NCBI GenBank assembly: GCA_051362555.1
Contig: CM120646.1
Span: 1,550,001 to 1,614,000, forward strand
Length of the DNA: 64,000 bases
Direction of reading: 5' to 3'
Source: Lingula anatina
Taxonomy: Eukaryota; Animalia; Brachiopoda
The stretch's first letter is position 1; every line of letters starts with the position of its first letter. Shown here piece by piece: positions 29,492-42,536 of this stretch. A model generated the notes under the pieces. That model had not been told where the DNA came from and did no database searches. It saw only the letters and a program-made list of their open reading frames with translations. A program made the translations under genes and the position numbers.

Positions 29492-32400
29492 TTATCCTTC
29501 CTTCTTGGTAGGGCCAGCAGCTCGAAGCCGTTTAACATATTCTTCACCCCAGTCTCTAAGCAAACCCTACAAAAGACAAAAAAATATGACGGAAGATGAC
29601 AAAAGCAATGTGGCATGTGACGATCTGTTCAGGCCTCATTATTATATATTTACCATGGGATCATTTTAATGACGCATCTAATTAGTCTTTTATATTTTTA
29701 TTTGTTTTAATTTTTGATGAAAAAAGGCGCATTGCTATCTTTGTCTTATAGATGAGTTCATTTTATCATAAATCTGAATATAATTTTCTTAAACTCACTT
29801 AAAAGACCGAAAGGTGAAATATTTTTATCTTTTATTTCCAGCTTTACCTCTGCATAATCTAAACTTTTCTTCAGTTTGGACAGTATGAATTTCATCTCTT
29901 CATCAGTGTACAGAAACTTTGATATTTCGTACGGTATTGGCTGAAAAAACACGCATTAAATTATACTTTACTAGTAAACATATATATAATAGCACTTTAA
30001 TACTGTATGTTAGTGAGTGTCATGTGAACGGAGACTGACATGCCTTTACACTAATTTCAATATTCTGTGAATTCCGATTACGAAAATCCTGGTTTGACAT
30101 ATCCTACTATATGTACTGTTAATCTGGATTACCAAATGGCCTTTTTAAATTCAAAATAAAGGCATCAACTTGAGGGAGGTCTGATCTTTTCCTCTTTTAA
30201 TAAGTGTGTGCAAAATGTGTGTAAAAAAGCATGTAAGCAACCTAGCGTGAGTGTACTGCCATGGGGCCTACACTTTTACTAGAACGCATTACGTCACCAG
30301 TGCATGGTTACGCCACACCACATGAAGCTAATCAAACGATACTATCCCAGTAGAGGGAAAAGGTTGACTTCCTAACGGTTAGGGGTCACGAACACACGGT
30401 CTGCTCGGACTGTGCCAAGTAAGACCGTTACAACTTCAGTGGGAACACGACCTCGGATGTCAACTGTACTCACCAATGGTGTCTGTTTCCTCGGCACCGC
30501 CACCACGCGTATCAAATAGACTATAATAGTGGCCAGCAGCTTGAGGTTCCTCTCTCCGACCTCTGACAGGACAGTAGTGGACAAACCGTAGTCCAGGGGC
30601 TTCATCAGTAGCTGAAACAGCATTTGGAATTATTGGATGTCTTGACAAATACCTCTTATAATAAGTTAACAGAAAGTCGTGGTTTCCCATAAATTGGCAA
30701 GTTTTCATTTCAAATATCTGACATTAAACAAAGACATCACGTGATATCATACATTGAAAGACTCTTTGATTTGCAAAAAGAAAAAAATAATCGAAGGTAA
30801 TAAGGATTATGCAAACGCATAAAAGGCTGATCCTTTTTAGAGACCGTTTTTGTAATCTTGCCTACGGCACTGAAACAGCACTTGTGTTACAGGTGAGTTT
30901 ACAAGCACTGAATATCACGGAACACATGAACGTTATGATCCCATGGACCCCAGAATTAAGATTTTCACTGTATTTATCGTACATATCAACAGCTCTTTGG
31001 CTTACCGTGGTCACTAAACTTCGAGACAAGAATATCCCAATCAACAGGAAGAACGCCCTTGCGTCTGTGACGTTGGTTATTTTATCATTTTCATCAAACT
31101 CCAATTGGTCCTAAAAATATCAATTTAACGTCATTTTTTAAATATTCAAACAGTAGATGAAGATAGCTGTAGCGGTTTTTTATGGGGCTACCCATCTTGA
31201 GTCAAGCGATAGAACTCGGAGACTGCGCTTATCTATACAGTTACGCCTTTTCTCACCCTTTTGGCAAACGTAAAACAGGAAAATTATAAAACATCGTTAA
31301 TCGTACGGACTTTATTGAGGGTAAAACATATGTACAATGATGCCCTGTGACAAACACGGATCTCCTAGAGCAATCCCCGTGTAATCTTACCCTTTCCATC
31401 TGCCAGAAATATCCTGCAGGAAACTCCTTGCCTTCTTTGATCAGCTCAAAGATGGCGGCTTTCTTGTGCGTCCCAAGCACACCAGTGGCGGGCTGGTGAA
31501 AAATAAAAAAAAATGTCTTTACATTGTAATCAAAGAATAATATACCGCGGTTTTACTTTTCATCTTTTGCAAGTCAAAAAGAACTGAAAGAACTTAAAAC
31601 TATAAACAAATTGTGAGCATTTTAGCTAAGTAAATGTTATGAAATTTAGTTTCATGCTGAACAAAAATCGTCAGTAAATAGAAGTATGTTCTTTAAAATC
31701 TTATCGACGACAGCATTTTCCCTAGTTTTCTCAAGTTTATCAAAAGACTGTATGCGTACGGCATATACTCATGTCACTCACCATGATCTCCGTAATATGA
31801 TAAGTCAAATTCTCCACAATGTAGGTGAGCTCCTGGATATTTTGCTTGTCTTCTGGGCTGGTTCCAAACCGCCCTTTGTCCTCTACGTACAGATCAGGAG
31901 CTCCCTCCCCGACCATATCACTGAGGATTAGGTAGATGTTACCGTCAGGCTGGGGTGGGATAAAAAGGAAAATAGTATGATTAAAAGAATGGTGAATATG
32001 AAAACATAATGTGTTTTCTCCGGTTGAGGTGAAGGACTAAGCTGTTTTTGGGCTGTTCAGTAGCGATTACACACATCGTGTGAAATACCTACAGGACCGA
32101 TTTACAAAATCAGTAGGCCTATTTGCCTCACGTTTGACAATTATATGTCGTCCTTTTTAACTGTACTTTCATAAATAATGCTTTGTCTTATTTGTACACT
32201 ATGATAAAGGTTTGTGACAGAACGTGGTATATACAAAATGAAGAAGAAACAGCTGGCATGCATTTGAGTAAGTGACTGCACTGTATATTACAATTTTAGC
32301 ATGGCCAATTTGTCTACCCCTGCTAGCTTGTGTAATTTCTGCAAATGCGCGTGCGTGTATGGGTAAGCATGCTCTAACATATACTTACGTTGAGGTATAT

Positions 32401-33264
32401 TCTATGTAAAGCCGCCACCGCCTCTTTCAGCTGAATGCCAAAGATGAACTTTTCATTGGGCTTGTTTCCTTTATTCTGAAATCGTAATGACAGGCACAAA
32501 CAAAACATTCTTCGGTGATTTTTCGATAAAAAATACTGAAAACTGTTAATTCTAACACTGAAATATTTAATTGCTGGCTGTTTGGATAGATTTCACTTAC
32601 AACGAGAGAGCACTCTGCGTAAATGTTGAAGTACAAGTAGAGTAGATGATAATTTTGTTGCGTTTTGACTCAATTTTCAAGAAGTCATTTTGAAGACGTG
32701 GCTTTTAATAAAACGGAATAAAATTAGGAAAAAACGATAAAAATATCTCCAAACAGCTGCAGGCAATATAATAATAACAATAATGATAATCTTTGAAAAA
32801 CCCCACTTCGTCGAAGCACTGTCTACAATATTGATAAAGAAACTTAAAATTCTAATTCACACCGTCTAAAATGACCAATTACACATTCTACAATTCTACA
32901 CCTAAAATCACTTAAAATCAGCAGTAACACGTCAACAGGCAAATACATAATGCGGGTAAAATAAAAATACATTATTCCAAACAAGATCCTACGACACAAA
33001 CAGCCACTATATACCCCACCATACAAACAGTACCTTTCGCATCTCGGCTCTGAGGAAAGCTATAAACCATGCAGCATAAAATATGTGGCGGAGTTTACGC
33101 AGGAGACCTAGGGTCAAAAATATTCGGAATCAAGCATTGTAGAAATAATCTGATTCTGGTTTATTATTTATTGCAATTGATAATTGATATTACTATATAC
33201 AAACTGGAGTACAGTAGTAATTAAGGTGCAAAAACTCGAAATGCTGTTTACGTAATGTCGTAAT

Positions 33265-33310
<46 letters not shown>

Positions 33311-36300
33311 AAGAGAGAGAGAGAGAGAGATTTTGGAGTTCATACTTACGGGAGCCAGGGAAAGGAATCTTACGAACAAGCTTAGGTTTGGGAGGTGGGG
33401 TTGGAGTTGCTGAAATATTAATATATTTTTCATCATTTGAAAAAAAATTTAAAGCTGTTTACAAGAAATATATCAGCATATTATTAATTGCTATAAATTT
33501 TATGTGGTAAACAATATCTTCAAAGTAAAAGATAACCCGGGCATTTCTACTTTCAATATTTAACGTACATCGACAGAGATACTAATCCCGATCACTAGTT
33601 GGAGATCCGAGTCTTGTCTCTCCTTCAAAGTTCTAGGTATAAAGATTTCAGTAATATAACATGCATAAGACAAAAGAAACGACTGTCATACTTACGTAAT
33701 TGCACAGGGGTGGGAGGTTTAGAAGCTGGCCGAGGCCGATGAAGTACTGAAACATGCAGTTAAAACATGCACCATGCTAGCATATGAGGCAGCCTTGCTT
33801 GAATTTTAGTTAATTTAGATTATCACACAATAAGGCTATTTTTATGATTTATTTAAACATGCAAGGACGCTTGTGTAGCCATTAAACTTTATAGATACGC
33901 ATGCTTTGTACGAATCGTAACTACCGTTAGTGTCGTATATAATTAAATTCATGGTCGTATTTCAGTTAAAGTGCAAAAGTGTATACATACATTTAATTAA
34001 CAGTTAGTGGTTAACCTAACACATTAAAGAATTATTCATTCCAGTTCCAGGTGCGAATAAACGTTTTAAAACGAAAAACATTTAAAGCGACGGAAAACAC
34101 ACGGCTGTTACACAAAAATAAACTAAAAGCACATAGTGTATAGCACACTTTTTATTACGCAAAGACAAACAACATCAAACATCACACGCTACAAAATAAA
34201 TAAGTTCTACAGGCATCTTAATTCATCACTTTATCTCATGAATTTGATGACGATTTGTTGTCACATTAAGAGTTATACGGAACATCATGCCTCGTATCAT
34301 AATGACTTGGCTAAGGGGTAAAATGCGCCCTCTATGAGCGTGCTCTCAAACTGGATAAAGCTGATGATACCAGTGCGGCTGAATATTAGGGTAATACTGG
34401 TCAAATGTCAAGTTGGAATTCGGCAAATGTATCTCACCCTTGGGTTCCCTCATTTTCTTCGGTTTAGGTGGCGGCGTAACTGATGACGGGGTTCTAGGAG
34501 GGGGAGGTAGGACACGCCTGGAAGAAAAGATATTCCTCACTTTCTACAGGTATTATAAATGTACCCTCTGATGTCAGGGGACTCTAAATTAGTATACAAA
34601 ATGAAAGTATCAGTTTTACTATTACAATTCTGTAACAGACTACCATACTAGCGCATCCTGTAGACTACTGTGATCAGAGAGTATTATCAAACGCACACAC
34701 ACGCACACAATCGCAGTGAGAAGAAAAAGAATAGAGAGATGGAGAGAGAGGACTCACGTCTGTATAGGGGGTAATTGTGTCACGTGGTGGATCACGGGTT
34801 GGGGTTGGGGCGGAGGTGGCGCCTCCTGTCTCAGGCTGTAGTGATGATGGTGGACAGACGCTGGTCTGTCATTTTTTACCTTGGGGAGAAATGCACAATG
34901 AACATCTATTCCTATATGAATATCTCATCTTGTAATTTTTTTCAATTATAAAGAATACAGCAAGATTCTTACAATCATAGCGTGTCAGACTGACATGTGA
35001 ACAAACTGACAAAACTTCAATTTTCCCATATTTGGCATCTCATTCAAGCAAAAAAAAAAAAAAAAAAAAAAAAATTCGGGTAAAAGAACCTCCTTTACCC
35101 GAGCAAACAAAACAGAAGACAAGGGCAATTTTACTGTACAATGTAGTATGCCTGTTCATTCCACTTGTTTGTGTGGAAGAAAGGAAGGGGGAGGAAGGGA
35201 TAACTCAGGGGTCACGGGAGGGGCACGTGCTCTCTGTGATCCCCTAGACCCGCCATAAAAAATCAACTTACTGTTAGAATCTGTGGCTGTGGCGGTGGCT
35301 GGGGGTACTCCGGTGGGTAGAGGTTCAGGGGGACCGTAAACTGTGGGACTGACTGTTTCGTTGAAGAGTTACTTCCAGAGAGACTTGACATCATCATCTG
35401 CTGCATCATTAGCTGGTGTAGCTGTGCGTTCTGCATCATCAACATCTCCATGAAATCTACGTAGAATATAGTTCATTTAGTGTCAGGAAAATCAGTATTA
35501 TTTTCAGCATTATTTTCTTTCCGTCAGCAATTGATACTATATTAGTAGTATGGACACGATTCAATAGAGCATCGATCTCAAAGTTAAGGTTCAATAGCGT
35601 GTAACAATTTCAGCAGCATGACTTTAAGTGTTTTTTAGCTGTGTCCGTCATATCAATATATTCCAAAAAAGATTCTATCATTCAGTTTCCAAATGCAGTC
35701 TGTGATGTTAAAAAAATGTTGACTGTAAATTGTGTTGTAGAGTGTATTTCTGTATTACGTTCATCATCAATAATAATACATATTCCGAAGACCTGAAATG
35801 TTTCGCAGATAACGTGATAATTCCTCAGACCCACCTCCTTTATTAGTCTTGGTGCTGGTGTCGGCTGGGAAGGGACCCTGTTGTATCACCTGGGACGGAA
35901 ACTGTGGTGGCAGCGGTGGGACGTACGGCTGAGGAGGAGGTGGTGGCTGCGGTGGGTTCTCTATGGGTCGTAGTCTCGGGGCCACAGGACTTATGGGTTT
36001 AACTTGATGTTCAATGATGTGTTTTGTGGAATAATCTGATAAAATAGGGTTTCTGTCAATTAGCAGAGCAGAGTGTGATTTATGTTATCAAATAATGAAG
36101 TTTGGGGTAATAAAACAAGATTTATGAAGCCGATTCTGATATTAGCTTTCTCCATACCCGTAGGCATTAAAAGGTTTCGATTGAACGCAATATTATCACA
36201 TTAAGATTCTGCGTGCTCTTTATCTCGATGAAATCAAACGATTCTGATTTTAAAAAATACGCTATAAGCTTACATGCTAGTTAACAGATATCATATCTAA

Positions 36301-36510
36301 GTTAAGATTCTAAGAAATTTCTCACCCGGTAACGACCGTCGCGATGGTGGCGGTGAAGGTGGCTTTCTCTTCTTACCACCGTCTGACTTTGGTCGACGTA
36401 ATCGCTCATTTTCTTGCTGCAAAAAAGGGCATTTCAATAATGGAAATTCTCATATTTTGTCTTTTCTTTTTTAAAATAATACGTTTGCTACCAAACAAAC
36501 AAACAAACAA

Positions 36511-36550
<40 letters not shown>

Positions 36551-37157
36551 CAGTAAGGGTGTTATTACCCTGATTCTGTCCAGAAGTTCCTGCCTCCGTA
36601 GAACAGCTTGCTGTAGTCTGAAATGATGGTCCTTGTCAGTGGGACCGTCCTCTGAAACAGGCCAAATAATACCATATCTAATATATTATTTATTTCTTAA
36701 AGAAAAACTACTTGCTTATATAGTCAAACTGGTTATTAATTACGCTTTTACGGTAGTGCAATATAAAAAGTTTCATATCGCTCTCTACAAAATGTGTTGG
36801 GACGAATTTTTAGAAGAAATACTTTCGTGGAAAAATATTAGAAACAAATTTTAAGACAAAACGATACCTTGGGGCGATGGAGATCTCACCGCCTTGCCCT
36901 TAGCCCTGGCCAGTTTCTGAAAGTTGTATGGAATTGTGTGATACGATGTGCAACTACATGTATCTGAGATAATGTAGCTCTGTTTGTCAAGAAGAACATC
37001 TCATTATTTAAGACACAATGGTAACATTTCAGAGTGTAGGAAGATGCGTGCACAGATATGACAAATCCTGAAGAATTGTTATGGTTTTTCATTTAATTTT
37101 ATTTACAGGGATCAGACATCTATTTTTCCGTCTGTTGGTCTATCCATCCATCTGTTC

Positions 37158-37197
<40 letters not shown>

Positions 37198-38613
37198 CCG
37201 TCTGTCTGTTAATCAGAAGCATAAATAATAATACCACTAGAAGTTCTTTTTTAATTCAAAACGGTCAAATATTTTTCCTTGTTCAGGATCACCTGTCACT
37301 TGTGTCGAAATACCAGTACAAGTAGTGACGTGTATCTTAGTATAATCCCCGCGTTGGAAATATCCAAACTTTATATTGATACCTGTGAGTTATCTTCATA
37401 TTACATGACTTATCTTTCGGTTATGATATACAGTGTGTGTGTGTTGTCTGAACTGTGATGTTTTTACCATAGCGACTTGTGTATAACATAATAAGACATT
37501 CAAACATGAACAGACAGCCCTACAGTATAATATCGTGATAGGTCAGGAGTTTGGAGAGGAAGTTTGGGTCTTGAAGGTCATTTGGTCCCATTTAGAACCG
37601 GTCAGTTTTTACAAACTCCGATCTAAAATTAAACTTTCTTCGGGGGAGGGGGGGGGGGTGTAGTAGTCGAGGCGTGGCGTAGTGAAAGTCTTTTCTGTTA
37701 AATACTGCCCGCAATTTGCTAGATTTTTTTTATTGCTTATTCAAAGGTAAAAAAAAAATCATTAAAAAACAAATTAAAAAGTATGACATTACGCACGTCA
37801 ACCCCTATACTGAAATCGACGAGGGGATTTGGTTAACTAAATTTTGATATACTAGTTCAGCTGAATAACCCACGTATCTTCTTTACTCAAAGACTTACAT
37901 TAGTGATTAAACTGATTAAAGATAGGGCGGGGAGATGACAGGTTATTTAAACAGGTATACACTTCACTCTGCAGTCAATAATCCACAGATATCACTTTTT
38001 TTCTAGCCTACTTTGCCCTTGTCTGGTATCCTGACGTATACCACGTAGCATGAAAACTCATGCACAAATGACCCACAAATAGTACATGTCAGAGGCCGTA
38101 AATAGGAGTGCCAACGCGTGTTTAAAGGAGGTCACTGATGAACACTTATTTCTATATTAGGGGGAGAGGGGGGGGGGTCCAGTAACATGCGCTGAAATTT
38201 GGGGGGCTGTTCGGAGACAGCTAGGTCTGTACAGTGGTCACATTTTGTGATACTTCTTTAGAAATACGAAATATATGAATGAAATATTGGAATACAACCA
38301 TCAGGTTTATCTAAACAGTACCGGCCAATATTGTTCATATTCAGAGGTGTTTTGCTTTGGTCCCAGCTGTTCAGTTAATTAAGACACCCCCTATCCCATG
38401 CATTTTAAGGCGGTTGGGGTTAATCAAGAATAAATCAAATACCTTTTCACGCCAACTCTCACACAGTAACCGTCCTTTTAATTTATTTAAGAAGATATGG
38501 TGTATGGATTAAGACATTTTGGTGACTTCTTTCAAAGTTTTTCTTACCTGTTGCACCATTTTCAATCTGAGTCTTGCGATATGCTCGTGAATGTTGTTAT
38601 CCGTTGCCGCCAT
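29492..38613 (-). CDS. C21orf58/DUF4587-like proline-rich protein with an additional C-terminal domain (18 exons, ~609 aa)
   Basis: Minus-strand exons, all GT-AG and phase-matched: 38613-38548, 36916-36868, 36651-36569, 36416-36326, 36035-35835, 35456-35272, 34879-34758, 34517-34438, 33746-33696, 33409-33350, 33107-33034, 32475-32389, 31949-31782, 31492-31391, 31110-31006, 30611-30474, 29940-29848, 29566-29492 (1830 nt, open frame). C21orf58-like motifs, recalled from memory, appear in the expected order: IARLRLKMVQQKL, LQQAVLRRQELLDRIR, KGDFMEMLMMQNAQLHQLMMQ, SVHHHH. Confidence 0.82.
33269..33330. repeat. (GT)n(GA)n compound microsatellite
   Basis: Direct reading. Confidence 0.95.
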
Positions 38614-39014
38614 TGTATATTATTTCACGTAACCCCAGCTACCAAGATGAAAGTGTAACAACGTCCTGTATTTTAACTCCTCTCTGGAATTCTACTAGTT
38701 CACGATGTTTCTGGCTTGAATTAGCCTAGACGTGTTGAACTGAACAAGCTTTTCAATCGGCCTAGTATTCCTTATCAGATCATCATTACGTCACAACTTC
38801 AAATCAGATATGCAGAATTTTCTTGTCACAGTCCTAAGTGAGGACTCTCTCTCTCTCTACGCCATACTGCAAGCAAGTTTCTGATGGAATCTGAAGCACT
38901 CCTACTTTACCCATAAAGGCGTTGCGGTTACTAGAACTGCATTTAGCTGCTTTGACTTATTACTAAAACAAAGCCCTCGACCTAGTTACTTATGTGGAAA
39001 TACGCACGAGGGGC

Positions 39015-39046
39015 GCGTTATGGAAACAAAAGTTTTGCATGGCAAC
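39015..39046. promoter_or_regulatory. Two X-box-like (RFX) motifs ~400 bp upstream of the C21orf58-like ATG
   Basis: GCGTTATGGAAAC and TTGCATGGCAAC in a CpG-rich patch; good match to the ATGGNAAC half-site. Confidence 0.4.
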
Positions 39047-39494
39047 CGCGGTAGTGCTGTTTAAATTCTAGTAAGTGCTTAAGTCATAGTTTATCAACTT
39101 GAGAAGTTGAAACGTATCTGTTGAAGGCTGGGCGAAAGAGGTCACTGATACAAGGTTTTCCTTAATCTCTGAGGGAGAGGTGGAGAAAAATATAATATAG
39201 TTCAATGTGTTGATTAGTTTTCTTTTTTTCAGTGGCCAATGCTTCGTTTGAAGGTTAAAGTCCAAAAATGTTCGTATTTTGGAGGAACAGTCGAATTCAT
39301 TTTGCCGGACCAAAATATTCATCAATTCCCATCAAGAGCGTAGTTGTTTTATTTCGTTGATTTCGACCTTTTTCTTTTCTTTTAAACTTCTTCACTTGAG
39401 ATCCTTTATTTGATGATGCCAATCCACAATATGATCGGCGAGTGGAGATTGCCTGTAAATCTACATGAGCACACGTGCTGCCGACTGCGCCGTG

Positions 39495-39551
<57 letters not shown>

Positions 39552-39923
39552 ATTGAGATTGTGCACCCAGCTGTCCCAGCACCGACCCACCGAGTTGTTA
39601 AGTGCCAGTACATTGTCTCAACTAACACATTCTGTATTGTGATAACAGCTTTCATATATTTCTGTCTGAATTTTCATATTTATTATTAACATTCGATAGC
39701 AATTTTGCTCAGTATTTTTGTGAATTCTAGCAGGCAGATGTTTCAAGAGGAATTATTTCCTTTCTGGAAGTCTGACTGCCTGTTTTTGTTTAATTACTTT
39801 CTCCTTGCACAATTTAATTCTCAATTTGATTCCACTGTTTTTGTATTGCACAACCTAACGTTAACTTGCCACATATAATTATATTATAAATGAAGAAAGA
39901 TAAACAAGTAATGTTAATTAAAG

Positions 39924-39929
39924 TTTATT
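39924..39929 (-). terminator. Candidate polyadenylation signal for FBXL7 (implies a ~2.6-kb 3' UTR)
   Basis: AATAAA on the minus strand followed by a U-rich tract; other AATAAA hexamers also lie in the interval. Confidence 0.35.
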
Positions 39930-42536
39930 CTGATATCAAAACAAATGTACAAAAACTGGCTGTTTTCTGTGCCAATCTACCCTTACATACATACATACAT
40001 GATATAATTTTTATATATAGATACATAAGTATCCCATATAGTGTTCAATACTAAGACAGACATTTGGAATATAATAAATAAATTAATTGTACTATCTGTT
40101 TTTATGTTGCAGGTATTGTATAGCAATTATTACAATGATAAATATATCTGCTTATGATATGTGTTTTCAACATTCACATTGACAGCTATGTGATAAGAAG
40201 AATATGCTGTAAAATATATTAAAACTTTCATAAAAAACTTTTAAAGGCATGTATAAAATTACACAATTACTTATGATACATTTCTCTCTTAAATATGCAG
40301 ATGAAAAGTATCTAAAATAGGAAATAATAGTACTTATTGCTCTGCATAATTTTTTAATGCCCTGCATTTGGTAACATCAAAATCATCATGTTCCATATTA
40401 TGAAATGACCAAAAAAAAAAAACTATATATATTCAAAAGTAATTTCTGGACATTCTGTGGACCTGTCAATTTCACATCATGTTTACTACTTCCAGGTAAC
40501 ATGCAACTGCACACAAAATGAAGGGATCTCTTATTGGCATAGAAGTTCATGAATGCGCTATTTGAGACAAATCACCACCATATCTCAACCAAACACAATA
40601 CAGCTATCTCACCTCCCCCAGTGCTTGTATCCTTCAAGCCCTCAGTGTGCAGGATATTTTAGATATTTCCATTTTTTGTCATCACAATGATAAAAGTGTC
40701 TTATGAAACATTCCTTACACACAATGCCAGCATTTGTGATCATATTCAACTATTTTATTTGTTAAACAGATCCACATCTGGGGTGTCAAGAAGGACTTTA
40801 CGCCCAATGCATTACAGAATACATCTGATCTACCACACACAATAAAACACCTTTATGCAGGCAAATCCTTATTCAAACTAGAGCCTTTATTGGAAACCAG
40901 TCTTTTTGGTATTTAAGTATGCAATAGAACTGCAACAACGACCCCCTGTGCTTTTGCCCTTCTGTTGGTGTTTGGGGCAACTGTACTTTGAATAAAAACA
41001 CTTGGGGTTAGCAAATGCCTACTTATAATCCTTATTACGTAGTTATCAGCATAGAAATAACAGATATTCCAATTTAAAGTCATAATCAGTTACCTGCAAT
41101 TGGGAGTAAAGAAGTTTGGATTCTTAAGGTCACTCTGACTTTTTAAAGACATTTAATTTAGATTTCACCAAACTCATGAATGGTATTAAGACTCTATTAA
41201 GTTTTCTTATTTTTTTAGACTAGGTAGTATATCATCAAAACAGTATTTGGCAGAAATGTAAAATGACAGAATGAACCAGTCCTCCTCATGGCATTTCTTG
41301 TGCAAATGTAGCCCTTGTAAAATGTATCTGATATGTAAGCCTTTACTTATGCTGCTATAAAATGAGTTGTGCAATCATTTACAGTGCAGTTTTATCACAA
41401 CAATAATGATATTGTAAAGGGACTCAATTAGAATAAAACACAGTCTTATACAGGGGACTTAAATGTGCAAAAAATATCTGCACCTTTGTATAAAGTATTT
41501 AAAAATATAAAAGTCCTCATCAGTTTTTTTTTTTTTACACAAGTTCTTTGGAACAAACCATACTGCAAGAGCAAACCCAGAAACTGCTTCTAGGGCAGGA
41601 CTGTCTGTCCAGGGGGGGGGGGGGGGGGGGGGGGGGACGGGGAGGGGACTGATCCAGTAAAACACGGGTAGAAACAACTAGATAACCCATGTGTAAACAC
41701 GACTTAAAGATATTACATACCATGACTCTTTCTACACTATATTACATGACATGAACACTATCAACAGCCTCTGGCTGGGTGCTACCATATAATAAAATCA
41801 ATGTACAGTTGTAGCTATATTACATATCACATAAAGGAAATATAAATAAACTAAACCTTTACTTATATAAATGCATAATTTCTCCTTTTATTCTACAACA
41901 TCCATCTGTGTGGATCAAAAGATGACAATGGCATTGCATAGCCTGTGTGATATTAATTACGTCCTTCCTTCTTAAAGTTTGACTTTGTATTTCAGGTATG
42001 AAAAACAAACCCTCCTTGCCTGAGAAGTATCAATCCCCAATCCCATTTTAAAGGTGTTCAGTGATGAATACATCCAAACATTTGAACTGGGTCTTTCTGT
42101 GGTTAATGGTGAGTCCCTGGGGGTCATTCCCTGGGGTTCTGCTGACCAGGGCTTACATTTTTAATTAATAATATGCCATGTGTACTAACATGCTGGTACA
42201 TTTGGTTTTTCCCAACCAAGGTCCTAAGGGTTTTGTGATGGCTTCACATCTTAGGAATCAAGATGATTAATCCAAAAATCCATTTCAGATTGTGTCTGAA
42301 TGACCCTCACATTATCATAGATACTTTCAACAATTATTTTCCACGTACAATTCTGACCCTGGAATCACACATTTTAATCCACCAAAGAACACAAGCATCA
42401 ACTTGTATACAAAGGAATGAAATATGATGTAAGCGGCTTTGAAGCCTACAGACACATGGTGTCATGAACCTGTAGTGTTGTGTATTCCTTTGAAAAATGG
42501 AGGTACCCAGTGAAATGTGGATGGCTCACATTACTG

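Noticed and set aside
30460-30708. ORF frame ...RYLSRHPIIPNAVSATDEAPG... as the true exon
   Set aside because: The alternative frame (LLMKPLDYGL..., 30611-30474) has a proper acceptor and phase 0-0 matching its neighbours.
28733-33100. Large autonomous DNA transposon starting near 28733 (TAGACCGGTTT...) and encoding the 29.5-33 kb ORF pieces
   Set aside because: No matching right TIR found, and the ORF pieces splice in phase into the C21orf58-like gene. 28733-29000 may still be a truncated transposon end.
39068-39455. Possible pseudogene or transposon coding relic on the minus strand
   Set aside because: Frames are interrupted by stops and I recognise no protein family.
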